From NCBI GenBank assembly GCA_000697335.1, contig JNEM01013405.1, positions 1-32,392 of the forward strand: a stretch of 32,392 nt of DNA, in the 5' to 3' direction. This document shows, piece after piece, positions 1-12,974 of the stretch (positions are counted from its first letter, which is position 1; each line of letters opens with the position of its first letter). The translations under genes and the position numbers were made by a program. This DNA is from Conidiobolus incongruus B7586 (taxonomy: Eukaryota). The notes beneath the pieces were generated by a model, which was given only the letters and a program-made list of their open reading frames with translations, searched no databases and was not told the origin of the DNA.

Positions 1-1641
1 TATTATATTTTATAGTAATATATTTTTATAAAATTACTATTTTTCAATATGTATATATATATATAAGTTATAAATTTTTTCATAAATTAAAAATTATTTA
101 TAATTATTTTAATTAGTTAATAATTTTAAATAAAAATAATAAAGAATTATATCGTATTAAAGATTTTATAATTAATACAGTTTTATATTGGTGATAAAAG
201 TTTTAAAATAATATAATCAAAATAAATATAACCTATCTTCATTATAATTATATTATTAAGTTTTATATCAATTTCAAAAGTAATTTAATCTAATTAAATT
301 GATCACAATTTATAGTATTATAATAACTGAATCTGTTAGTTAGATTTTAGAATAATTGAATTTTCAAATATAATAGTTATAAATTATTTTGTCATAAAAA
401 AATATATTATAATGAAGTCACAAAAAAGTAATAACATTTTTAATATAATATAATTTTATTAAGATATTCAAATGTCTGGAATTTTATTATACACCCAAAT
501 CAATACATTAGCCACAATAGAAAATTCAATGATGATTGGTCAAAATTATTAATTCCTAAAAGTACAAATCTTTTTCAAATTTTGAGATTAAATGCCAAAA
601 TAGTTCAATTTCTTAAAAATAACATTACAGAAGCAGAATTGAATTGCATACTATCTAAGATTACCACTTGCACTGAAGAACCAATGTTAAAGAGCCCAAT
701 GCAGCCTCGTTGATTATCCCTTATATTTGATATTAACATAAAAAATATCAATAAGTGACTCCGAATTTTTTGATATTAAGCCAGTTGTCAAATTTTAGCC
801 AAATAGAAATAACCTTCAATGACACTTGGCATACCAAGGCGTAAAATTCAAATTCCTAGTCAAACAAGATGAAAGTTATATTACTTCCAAACTAATCAAT
901 CATCAAATATATCAATTTCCTCTCAAAATAATCATCCCAGTATAAAAAAATCAATTTAACAATTTAAAAAATCCAAACCTGTCTAATAATCTAAAAAAGT
1001 ATCTGATATAGGAATAGGAGATGTTAAATATGAATTTCTTGATTGATAACTAATATTTAAAATTTTAATTCCTTTTTATTAAAATCATTCCATAAAAATA
1101 TTATTTAAATTTTTAACATTTTACTCAAGTTTAATATTATTAAAATATATTAAGGACCTTATACTAATTTATACATAAAATTATAGAAATAATTTATAAA
1201 AAACACACCATATTTATATAATAATAATAATAATAAAATTTTAGATTTTAGAATAATCAGATTATTGTACTATGCCAAATGGACCATACTTAAAGATAGA
1301 AATTTTTTTCATATATTTTTAAAAAATGATAATTTTAAATAAATTAAAAAGGTGAATAACTTGTAAGGTATTATTATTATTATTATTATATTATGATTGT
1401 TAAAGTGGTAAAAATAATTAATAGAGCTAAGTGATGATTTAGGAATTGTATGATTTTTTTATTAAATATAAAATGATAGTAATAAACGCCAGCGAAATCA
1501 TTTTAAAAAGATGCAGTTAATGGGTGTGGTGGTTTTTGGGGGAGGAGGTTATTTAACTATGCGTCATAACCCAAGTAAGTCAATCACTCAAGTCAGTCAG
1601 TGAGAGTCAGTAAATCAAAAGTTCAATATGGTCAACTAGAA

Positions 1642-1863
1642 TCAAATCTTGAGAGTACGATCCTTAAGCATCTTTTTAAAGGATTTAGAACCTGATTTAA
1701 TATTGGAATGTAAGTTGAGGTAGACACCATCGTGATAGTTAGCTTCGTAATAATTGGAAGATTTGTTATAGCTGCTGGAACTGTTCGTCCTGCGTTTCGT
1801 ATATTGCCCAACTTCTAATTGAGTAAAGATATAGGAATTTTTTATCTTTTCAATGAATTTCAT
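1642..1863 (-). CDS. Small hypothetical protein (73 aa)
   Basis: Intronless ATG-TGA ORF in an island GC-richer than its flanks, preceded by a pyrimidine-rich leader (rc of 1905-1930). Sequence ...LEVGQYTKRR...YYEANYHDGVY... looks protein-like; no family assigned. Confidence 0.6.
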   Translation of the reverse strand: MKFIEKIKNSYIFTQLEVGQYTKRRTNSSSSYNKSSNYYEANYHDGVYLNLHSNIKSGSKSFKKMLKDRTLKI

Positions 1864-3458
1864 ATTGTAATTGAGTGAATATATATGACAAAATTAATTA
1901 ATATAAAGAAGAAAAAGAAAAAGAAAAAACTAAAGGTTTAAAAAATTGGGAATTATCAACACAAAAATTCAAAATTTCAAGATGGACAGGTCACCCTTTT
2001 ATACTCCTTACAAATATATTATTGATGTGAAATAAAGGATGAATTTAATAAATTACCAATTAATCTATTTCCTGACAACACCCAATTAAATCCAAGATTA
2101 TCCATCCTATTTTTAATCATTGAAGATTATTTATAGCCAATAGAGTGACAATTGGGATTTAAAATGAATTATTAATTTGATATGATATGACAATGATATA
2201 ATTGATATTATTATCTTATAATACTTGTCTATTTTAAATGTCTATAAAAAATTTTCAAACTTATTAACCTTAATATCCACCAAATATTTTTTCACTATTA
2301 CTTTTTATTTTTATTTATAAATATTTCTCAATTTATAAAAAAAATTTAAATCTAATCGATTCAATAATTAACACAAAATGGTAAAAATATAAAGGAGTTG
2401 AAATTGTCTTGTTTATAGTTCTTAAAGGTTAAATTAATGTCCTTGAAAATAAAACAGATCTTTAGCAATTTTTTGAGCATTTTTATTATATGCACATATT
2501 ATAAAAAACTCAAATCACATGCAAAAATTTAGAGTTAATGAAAATATTGAGTGGCTTTGAAATGAACCAATATTTTACATATAATTTAATGAATTGATAT
2601 TTGAATCAGAATTTTTTTTATTTGGATTACCCCATCAGAACTAATCCAGATTTCGATGAATAATTCAAAGACTTTAACCTTATAATTGTTAGTTATAAAT
2701 AATTAACTCATAAAAAGGTTATTTATATAAAGTTTAAGTATATTGAAATGGTTTTAAAAAATTTTTAAATATAAATTATTAAATATTTAATATAATTATT
2801 TAAGAATTTAACCTTTATTTTAATATTTGATAAATATATAGAATTATATAATGAGATAATTAATAAAATTATTTAAGTATTAAAAATAATAATAATAATT
2901 ATTATATTAAAACTTTATGAATAATATTTTTTATAAGATAAAAAAAATTAGGTAATTAAAATAATATTAATAAATACTAAATCTTTTTTATTATGAATTA
3001 TCATAATAAATTAGGTTATAAAGTGATAAAAATAATTAATATTCCTATAATTTTTAATTTTTATTAGTTAATTTTCTGTTTTAAGTATGAAATAGCAGGT
3101 TAATTTATGAATTTCTTTTGTCATTACAAGAGTTTACATGATCGATAATATACTTAGTACCTATATAATTATTTTTAGTTTGATTATAAAATTAAAAAAT
3201 GTTTCATTATAGTTTTCCTAATCTAACCTGTCAGAAATATCTTAAAATCAATTAAATATATTAATTCTTAAATTTTTTATAATTTTAAAAATTTAAGATT
3301 CATAAAAATTGTTATTAATATATAATTAAATTTATGATATAATTTGCAATATTAAGAATTTTTTTTAATATAAAATCAAAGATTATTTAAAATATTGATA
3401 TGGTGTTGGTGAAAAATATTATATAATCTGAATAATTTAAATGTAATTAATATATTCA

Positions 3459-3907
3459 ATGTCGCAGGTATATGTCGGGTGTTAACGCTGACAACAATGG
3501 CTTTTACGAGCTTAAACGGGGAATCGCCAGTGGTAAACGATAAATTACCACGGAATTAAGGGAAATTATTGGGGTTCACCAAAGTAGGTGAAAATGACTT
3601 GCTACAAATCGGGTTCTTCAAATAAAGTAAATATCTCACGCTCGTCACAACTCAATAATTTTGTGAGGGTTAAGAGAAAAACTTAGAGACTGTATACTTT
3701 TGAAAATGAAGATAGAAGATATGTTTATTAGTTTGCTTATGATAATCTTATATTAGGTTCCATTGTTGATTTTTGTGGACATGAATGACTTACAGGCGGA
3801 AAGTAATAGGATCAACTAGTTCATGGGATGTGATATCTCCAATGTGACTTCTCGAATCCTGCGGTAATCAGAGCTTCTTGAGTAATTGACAGGATTATTC
3901 TCCATCA
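3459..3907. ncRNA. Candidate structured non-coding RNA of unknown class, with a probable minus-strand intron at ~3690/3697-3793
   Basis: GC-richer island with no ORF and several hairpins (GTGGTAA/TTACCAC, TTCACC/GGTGAA, TCACAA/TTGTGA, AATCCTG/CAGGATT). Minus-strand GTAAGT donor, ACTAAT branch and AAG/CAG acceptor bound the AT-rich middle. Confidence 0.35.
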
Positions 3908-4045
3908 TATATGAACCAAATTCCAATTCTAACATAAATAACTATTAAACTTTGAAATTTAATTATTCCCATAATAGTTTTATCTTCATTTTACCAAAAT
4001 AAATTAACCTCGCAAACTTGTCCGCTACGCCAATTAGAAAACACA

Positions 4046-5327
4046 ATGACAACCCAACTCCCCCAGCAGTACACTCAATACACACAATTCAAAGAATGGC
4101 TATTCACAAGTCAACAACTGCAAAATATTCGTCAAACTATCCACGAGTCCACAGTTTCTAAAATCCTCAAGAATAAGAGAGAAGAGCACGATTTACTGAA
4201 AGCTTCAGGTCAAGATGTCAAAGAGTTAGATCTCGATAGTTTAGAAGTGGTGAGCTTGGAGAGTTGTATTTATTATTTGACATATTTTGAATTATTTTTG
4301 ATAAAATTACCAGAATTGAGTATTTCTATTAAAGTAAATATATTTAAAACAAAAAAAAAGATTTTTTTTTAATTGAGAATTTTTATTAATTGAGAGGAAT
4401 GATTTAGAATACTGCTTTAATTTATTTCAAAAGATTTTATTTGAAGAAAAGTGTTTTGGATTTTAATCCTAGGACTATGGCGTAACTATCTATTTATTAT
4501 AACCATCGCAAGTACTAACTTTGATTTAGGATGATATGTATTTATTTAGCATCCAAAGTTGAAAATGAACCATTGAGTATCAATCATGATTATTTCAAAA
4601 AATTAAAGTTGAAAGTACATCAGATTGAGAAATTGGAGTTGATATTGATAGAAACTTTAAATTTTAACTTGTATGTGGTGAAGATTGATAGGGCATTGTT
4701 TGGTTTATTTTTAGACATGCAAGTAAGTTAATTCATATATTTTACAAATATAATGGTATTAATTTTGTAGGTAACGAATATAGATCCCATTATTCTGGAG
4801 CAATGTTTCGACATGGCTCAAAAGTGTTCCAAAACCATTCAATTGACTGATTTACCACTCAAGTTCACTCCATCCCAATTAGCTCTGTTTTGTTTTAAAT
4901 TGGGATTTGAGAAAAACGATCAACAGCAAGCTTTCGTCAAGTAATTTTATTTACCATCAGTTCTAACTATTTGTTAATATTTTATAGATATTTGAAACAT
5001 ATATTCAAAAAAGACTACACTACAAATCTTGAAAGATTCAACAAACAATGTGCACAAATTCAATTGGATTACGAATACCGTTTATCATTAGAAGAATCTT
5101 ACCTAAAAGAAAAAGCAAGTGAAATTTCTAAACAAATTAAGAAATTTGAAAATCCTGCGATCAATGAGAATGGTATCTTGTAAGTATTTATTATTATATT
5201 TTGTCTATAGTATTAATTGTTGGCGATTAGGTATCAAACAATGACAAAACGTTACCAATCCAAATACGAAAGAAACGAAATTCACGTAGATATTAAAGAA
5301 GAGATGAAAGAGTTCTTCAATAATTGA
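4046..5327 (+). CDS. CCL1: Cyclin H (CAK/TFIIH cyclin, Ccl1/Mcs2-like), 6 exons
   Basis: Exons 4046-4333, 4408-4481, 4530-4722, 4771-4940, 4988-5179, 5231-5327 join in frame through GT-AG introns. Motifs TQFKEWLFT, TALIYFKRFYL, CIYLASKVEN, LELILIETLNFNLYV, LTDLPLKFTPSQLAL. Confidence 0.88.
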
Positions 5328-6899
5328 TTCTTTCTCTACATTTGGGTAATTTAGCGAGTTATTTAGTTAAAATTGATTGAAACTCAATTTCTATCGATTG
5401 TTCTAATTCTAATTCGTTTCATTCCTTCAATTTGTTAACACTCTTCAAATCTAAATCATCCACACCAATTTTCAATTGAAATTTATAGTGTTGACTATTT
5501 AAAGATTTAAATTGGAATAATTTAACGTCATTACTATATTATATTTTATTAGTATTATCAAATATTATAAAATAAATCAATATATTCTTTGAATTTGATA
5601 ATGATGAATAGAAAATTAGGAAGCAATCTTAAAATGAGCTACTCACAATGTAAGCAATACATTATAATTTGATTCCTTTAAATTTATTTTATAGTGCACT
5701 ACATATAAATTAATAATTTATCATATATTATAAATATTTTAATTATATATTACTATTTAAAAAAAATACTTTATAGTTTTTAATATGTGAATATTTATCA
5801 ACTTTGGTATAATTATCAACTAATAAACACTTATAATACCAATAGGATCTGATTTATATTAGAGAGCTTTTGATAGTTAGAAAATTTTAGAGAACTGAAT
5901 TGCTTCAGTTAGGAATGAAACTAGTAAAAATTCGAGTAAGTTATAATTATTATTAATAACTAATTAATTGAATATATCAATTTAATTTAATTATTTTAAA
6001 TATTTTCATTATTAAATTATATTAATATTATAAATTTTATATCTTTTAATCTTAACACTTGACTAAATGCAAAAAAAAATATCTTTTTTTTTAAAATTAT
6101 TAAAATATTTATTAATTTATACAAATTTTGACAAATTTTAATTAATTTTAATTTGAACATTATATAATTTGAGAGGATAGTAATTGAAATATTAAGCAGA
6201 ATCGTTGCATATTTTGTGCTTTCAATATCTACAATATTTTTTAATGTCATTATAATTGATATAATTTAGAAATCCCCATTTTAGTTAATAATAATAGATT
6301 AGTATTATGTCAGATATAGACGATAAATCAATTGCTTTAATTTTAAAGCTTAACCAATTATCCATGAATAGATAATTGGTTAATATGTAATTGATAATTT
6401 TGTGCTTTCTGTCATTAGGTCTACTTTCATCAAAAAAAATCTTATAATTGTTGTAAAAATTTCAATTCAAACACTAAAATTTCTTAATATTAATTATGAA
6501 TAACAGTATTAATATAAAACATCTATCATTTACTAATTTTGATAAATTCTTTTAAAGTAATATATATTTTTTAAATATCTTAATAATAATATTAAAATTT
6601 AATTTCTTTTTATTAGTTTGAAATGATTTGATTAATAAATTTATATAATACTATATTTCATAGTTTTAACACTTTATCATCTTAATATTTAATTTAATAT
6701 CATATTATTTATATATTTTATTCATTACTTATTTGAGATCTTGGGTATTAATTTTCAAACTTAAATTTTGATTGCTTTTATTAATATAATTTAAATTGAT
6801 TTAATTCAATTATAAATCAAATTTATCATTCTCATTATTTATTTTTTTTAGTTGATTTGAAATATTAATTAATAATTAGATTAATTAATTATGGGCAAA

Positions 6900-7508
6900 T
6901 TAGGGCTGAAGGTAAAGATCGTCCTCTTCAATAATTACTTGAAAGGTTTTTAATTGGTGAGCGGTACGATCGCATTGACCGTTGTCTAAACTGAAAGTCC
7001 TTGAAAATAGAATTAATATTGAATTGTTATAGTTAGATAGTTTGATTATTGGTTACCAGAAGTGAGCTGGACACTTTATCTAAATCAATAAAAATTAATA
7101 TAATTGGTATAAATTGTTTTAATAGGACTTACAGCTTTTCCAAAACATACACCAAAATCTTCAATATCTACTACTCTACCAACGCTGAGGGGGTAACCCA
7201 TATGGGGACATCTCTAATTTTCAATTAATAATCAATATGTTACGAGTTATGAGTGATGAGTTATTTACATTATCTATAGCATAGAATTTGCCATCATTAC
7301 ATAAACATACCAACACAGGTATAGTACGGTCATCCTTGGGTACTTGCACGCACTTGCCAAAGAAACCTTTGGATTCTATAGCTTTTGTTTCACTTTTGAA
7401 CTCGGATACTTTCCCTACATAGATTTTTTCAAATTGGGACTCTGTTTTAGTGATATCAGTTAAATCAGTATTGCTATGATTTGTATTATTATCTGGAATA
7501 GTTGTCAT
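6900..7508 (-). CDS. Small soluble Rieske [2Fe-2S] domain protein, 4 exons
   Basis: Exons 7508-7269, 7213-7133, 7079-7057, 6999-6900 give ...FYAIDNRCPHMGYPLSVGRVVDIEDFG...IKCPAHFWTFSLDNGQCD..., containing both Rieske boxes (CxH and CxxH). Confidence 0.88.
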
Positions 7509-7708
7509 TATAATCAATATATTATTTTTGAAAAATGATTATTGATTAAATTATATTAAATTAAATAAAAAAAGTGAAGAAAAGTTAAATCATAAAATTA
7601 TTTTATATTAGATATTGGATAAATTAAAATGATTAATAACATGTCATTATAGCTAATATAAACCAAATATACAATATTTAAATTTAAATATTAAAATTTT
7701 GAATTTAA

Positions 7709-7789
7709 GACAAGATGGCCGAGTGGTTAAGGCGTGTGCCTAGAAAGCACATGGGATTTCCCGCGTAGGTTCAAATCCTGCTCTTGTCG
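7709..7789 (+). tRNA. tRNA-Ser(AGA)
   Basis: Acceptor GACAAGA/TCTTGTC, D-arm GCCGAGTGGTTAAGGC, anticodon arm TGTGC-CTAGAAA-GCACA, long variable arm, T-loop TTCAAAT, discriminator G. Confidence 0.95.
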
Positions 7790-9053
7790 AATTTGATTAT
7801 ATTTAATTTCATTAATATTTTAATATTATTTTCTAAAAAACTTTATATTATTTTAATTATTTATTTAAGATTTATACCCAATTATATTACTCTTTATTTT
7901 GGTTGATTTTCAAATATTAATTAAAATCAAAAAAATTTAATTTGAGAAAACTTTTTTAATAAAAGTTATTAATAAAAATAATTTATCTCAATATGGAGAC
8001 TATGAGATTATCAAAAATAACTATTAAAATGATAAATTGAATACAATAACATATTGTAATAGATCAAAACTAATAAATTTATAACTTAATTATCTCTTTA
8101 TATTTTCTAAATTTAAATATATTAAAACATAAAAAATATTAAATAAATTATTTTTTAATATAATTAAATTCTTAATTTATGAAAAAAAAGATGACTAAAA
8201 ATTTACAAATTATGAATAAATTTAATTATTTTAAATTGATATTTCAAATGGTAAAAAAATAAGAATATTAATATTGTTTATAATATTGTTAAAAATATTT
8301 AAATAACAATTAAAATGTAAAAAAAATTGTTAATTATATAATTATAAAATTTTAAAATAATAGCTTATCAAAAATTTTTAATTTAATTATCTCTCCAAAA
8401 TTTATATTTTCTAATAATTAAATTATTGATAATTAGAATAATTAATTGATATAGAATGTAAAAATATAATAATTTAAAATTGGTAATTCTGTCTAGTAAT
8501 AGTGATAAAATAGTGTCAATGTGGTATATACCCAAAGTAATTAATAGTGTTTGCTACAAAGTTAGAGTGGTGTATGGTACACAGACTTATACATCGGTCG
8601 GATTTTAGTAATATCAAGAATAGAAAATATTACCAATATAGTGAAAGATTTAAACCGATAGATAAAGAATATATGTGAGGAATCAACTAAATTGAAGTAC
8701 AAAGAATCGAATACTTGGTGAGTCTACTACAATAATTGGTAAAAATTAAACTAGAATAGATAATATAGAGTACTAAATTAAACAAAACCGAATATTAAAA
8801 AGGATTAATACAAGTCAAAACTCTGATATAAATAACAATAAAGTTAAATTTATATAATCAAAACCTAATAGACTTTCGGTACAATATATATTTATATATA
8901 TTTAAGAAAGTGTATTAATAAATAATGCTAATTTACAAAATATAAACTGTCAAAAAGTTAATTAAAAGAATAAAACAATATTCTATTTACTTTACAAAGT
9001 ACCAATTCGTTTAGTACCCAAAGTTTTATTAAGAAGAGCCTAAGATTTACAGC

Positions 9054-9754
<701 letters not shown>

Positions 9755-11330
9755 CTATTGAATGACTATTACAGTCGTGAAAGTGGAAGAACTTAGTTTG
9801 ACCCAAAATTTACAATTTGATTGAATTGACAATAATTCCATATTCCACATTTCCAATAAATTTTTTAATCCAGAATTCATTATTGAAAAATTTCGCATTT
9901 TTTCTACATTTGTTATTTCCGGAAATTTATTGAGTTTGTTTGAATACTTTATAAGTGAATTTATTATTTGAATGATATATATTCATAGCTTTAAATATTT
10001 TCTAATTTGTCAATATTGAATTTATGAACAATATATATTACATTAATGAGCATATAATATTTAAATCATTAACTTCGTTTCAAACTCCGTGAAATTATGA
10101 GCAAATTTTTTTCGTTGATAATATTCATATATTATACGATATATAATATCATAGTAATATTAAATCATATTTCATTTGTTTTACTATTTACTAAATCAAC
10201 TTTGAATATAGTAGAATATATATATCAGCTATTCAACTCTTCAAGTAATTTTTTATTATGATATTCATTTTAAAGCAAATTTCACCACTCATCATTTTAA
10301 TATAAAATCATAGAATAGAAATTATAAAATATTTATGTAGTGATTATATTAACCATATATATCTGGATTTTTTTGCTATTGGAACTATTAGACTAATTTT
10401 AATTTAATATTAAAAAATTGAATTTTTCGAGTAATTGCAAACAGTAATTTATTAGCTATAATAGCATCAATGTTTGTTTGACAATTTATCAATCAAAGAT
10501 TTACTATGATTATGATTATAAATCAAATTATAATTGATAAATATTGGGAAAAGCTATATTACTTTTAACTTTTACAAATCTTAAAATTTTCTAATGAAGC
10601 ATTCCATAATTTCCGAAATCAATAAGCAAAAAATTTTTATATAAATTTTCATTTTTGATTAACCAATATATATTAGGATTTAAATAACTTTTCATCTTGA
10701 TAAAATTGAATTTGTATTTAAATAAATATTATTATTTTTAGGTTATATCAAATATGCAAATAAGAGGGATTATATATTGTAATAAGTAGCATTTTTATAA
10801 TTGATGTTTACAAATGTGAACACATAATTCTTCAAATATTATAACATAATATTCTACTTTTTTTATCCATTAAATATATAATTAAATCGTTTTCATTGAT
10901 ATTTTACCTAATTACCTATATATAATTTCAAATAGTATTAGGGATGGACAATTATTTATATTGTTATTTATAATAAAATGAAAAATCCAATTTATTTTTC
11001 ATTAATCCTTAGATAATTTAGACATATCTTAATAATTCATCAATTAATGAATATAATTTTAAATTGATTTGTTGTTTTATTATATGCTTCAAAGTAATGA
11101 TGTTTAATCAAAATATCAAATATCAATAACTAAAATACAACAATAGTGATTGTTATACTATTTTATAATACATATATAATATATGATATTAAACATATCA
11201 GGTAGTAATCTAATTAATTGAAGTTTATTCAACAGGTTATTAGTGTAAAATAGTTACATTTTACTTTGATTTGATTAAAATAATTTTTTGTTCATCATAT
11301 ATATTAATTACTGAAATCTTATTATAACAA

Positions 11331-11351
11331 ATATATATATATATATATATA
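11331..11351. repeat. (AT)n microsatellite
   Basis: About 10 perfect AT units. Similar short tracts occur at 52-66 and 22724-22738, with (ATT)n at 1370-1389 and (AAT)n at 18458-18481. Confidence 0.8.
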
Positions 11352-11450
11352 AACAATATAAACACTTATATATTAGATTGTTGGATAATTATTATGATTA
11401 ATAAAATCTATAACTTCACTAAATATAAAAAATCAGATTAATAAATTTTA

Positions 11451-12757
11451 AACTAAATATTTTTAAATAAATTTCTATCCATAAAAAAGTGTGTAAAATC
11501 AAACGTCCAAAATAATCGATTTCTTACTAATTGGATTTTTAACAACAATCACAAGGTCAATAGTTAAAAATTAGAATATATATTATCTATTGATATTTGA
11601 ACTAAAGATTTTAATTATTATGTTTTTTTGTTGTTTTATTATTTAATACATAATTATAGGTGTATATTATTTTATGTGAAAATACATGTAATATAATTAT
11701 ATATTATAGTTCGACATCGATATACTATGATTCTTATCAAAATTTTTAACAAACTCAACAACTGTATTTGGATTGCTAATTATAAAAAAGTATGAGAAAA
11801 CTCATGTCTTAATATCAAACTTAAATATTATTCGAAAATTTCCAACAACTTGAAAATAAAAATATTATCCAATTTTGATATAGTTAATAAAATTCTTAAA
11901 CCCATATTATAAAAAGGTTAGTATATGTTGATATTTTATATTATAGTAAATATAAAAATATAGAATAATCTAGTAAATGTTATGTATATTAATGAATGGA
12001 ATTACTCAAAATACTCTATACCGAACTCAACATTAATAACAAATGGTTACTATTAAAAAAAGTATGAGAGTACACATGTTTAAAATTAATCATCTCCACA
12101 AAGTTTGAATGTAACATAATAATTCAAAGTATTACTGATAATGCTTCAAAATTGAGCATGGATTTATAACCTTTGAAATATTAGTAACTTAGATAAATAA
12201 AGACTAATTATATACTAGGTATACCATTGTATTCAATATACTGAATGTACAAATAACATATTAATAGCATCTATACTAATCAATAACAAATCTTTAACCA
12301 ATTTTGGGTGAACTCAACAGCTGGAGTTAAATGGTTAATATTAAAAAAGTGTGAGAAAACACATGTTCAAACTAAAGATTGAAGAATTCATTAAAGTCAT
12401 ATCAGTATAATAATAAATAAGACACCAAAGATTTGAAAAATAAGCTAAGTGTATATTCATATCAGATTTATATTGATGATTATTTAATCACTAAATTGAT
12501 TAAGTAAAATTATCTATATTATTGATGCTGAAAAGATTGCTTGTTGAATATAGCGATGTAGTAGCTGATTATTATAAAACGATATTAAGTTGCAATCCAT
12601 ATTCAATCAACTCAACAGTTGTAACTTAAGTGTAACATTTAAAAAAAACTATGTGAAAACACATGTCCAAACTAGAGAATTTCGGAGCTCAATTCATAAG
12701 TGATCCAATTTAAAAATTGTAATTTCCTATTCGAAAAAGGTGTGAGAAAACACATGG
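11451..12757. repeat. Regularly spaced array of ~55-bp bipartite repeats AACTCAACA-N~23-A6-8-(G/C)T-RTGWG-AAAA-CWCAT-GT with unrelated ~215-245 bp spacers
   Basis: AACTCAACA at 11752, 12024, 12311, 12609, followed 40, 40, 40 and 42 nt later by the palindrome at 11792, 12064, 12351, 12651. Degenerate unit at 11451/11491; palindrome-only copies at 11674 and 12742. Confidence 0.85.
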
Positions 12758-12974
12758 TACAGATGAGCCAATATCGGTGAAAAAATGCCCAATTTGAACC
12801 AATGGTCACCAAATTTAGGAATCCGAAATATTAAAAAGTTGAAATTTCGGAAACCAAATTTGAGGGGAAGGAAAACTATTGCAATATTGGCAAGAATCTA
12901 CCTTTCTCTTTAATTTCTACGAATCAGTTCGATTTTTTCATTAGCGAACTTCAAAAGAAATTCCTGCCGTAGAC

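Noticed and set aside
3503..3890. Spliced minus-strand frame in the 3.5-3.9 kb island whose internal stops are all TGA (selenoprotein or UGA recoding idea)
   Set aside because: No start codon, no redox motif or recognisable family, no SECIS seen, and neighbouring genes use TGA as a normal stop.
6017..6250. I/K/N/F/L-rich ORFs (also 22756-23019, 29112-29321, 32017-32220)
   Set aside because: Composition expected from extremely AT-rich intergenic DNA; no motifs or splice support.
11451..12757. Calling the repeat array a CRISPR
   Set aside because: Eukaryotic context, no cas genes, degenerate bipartite repeats and spacers over 200 bp; only the architecture is reminiscent.
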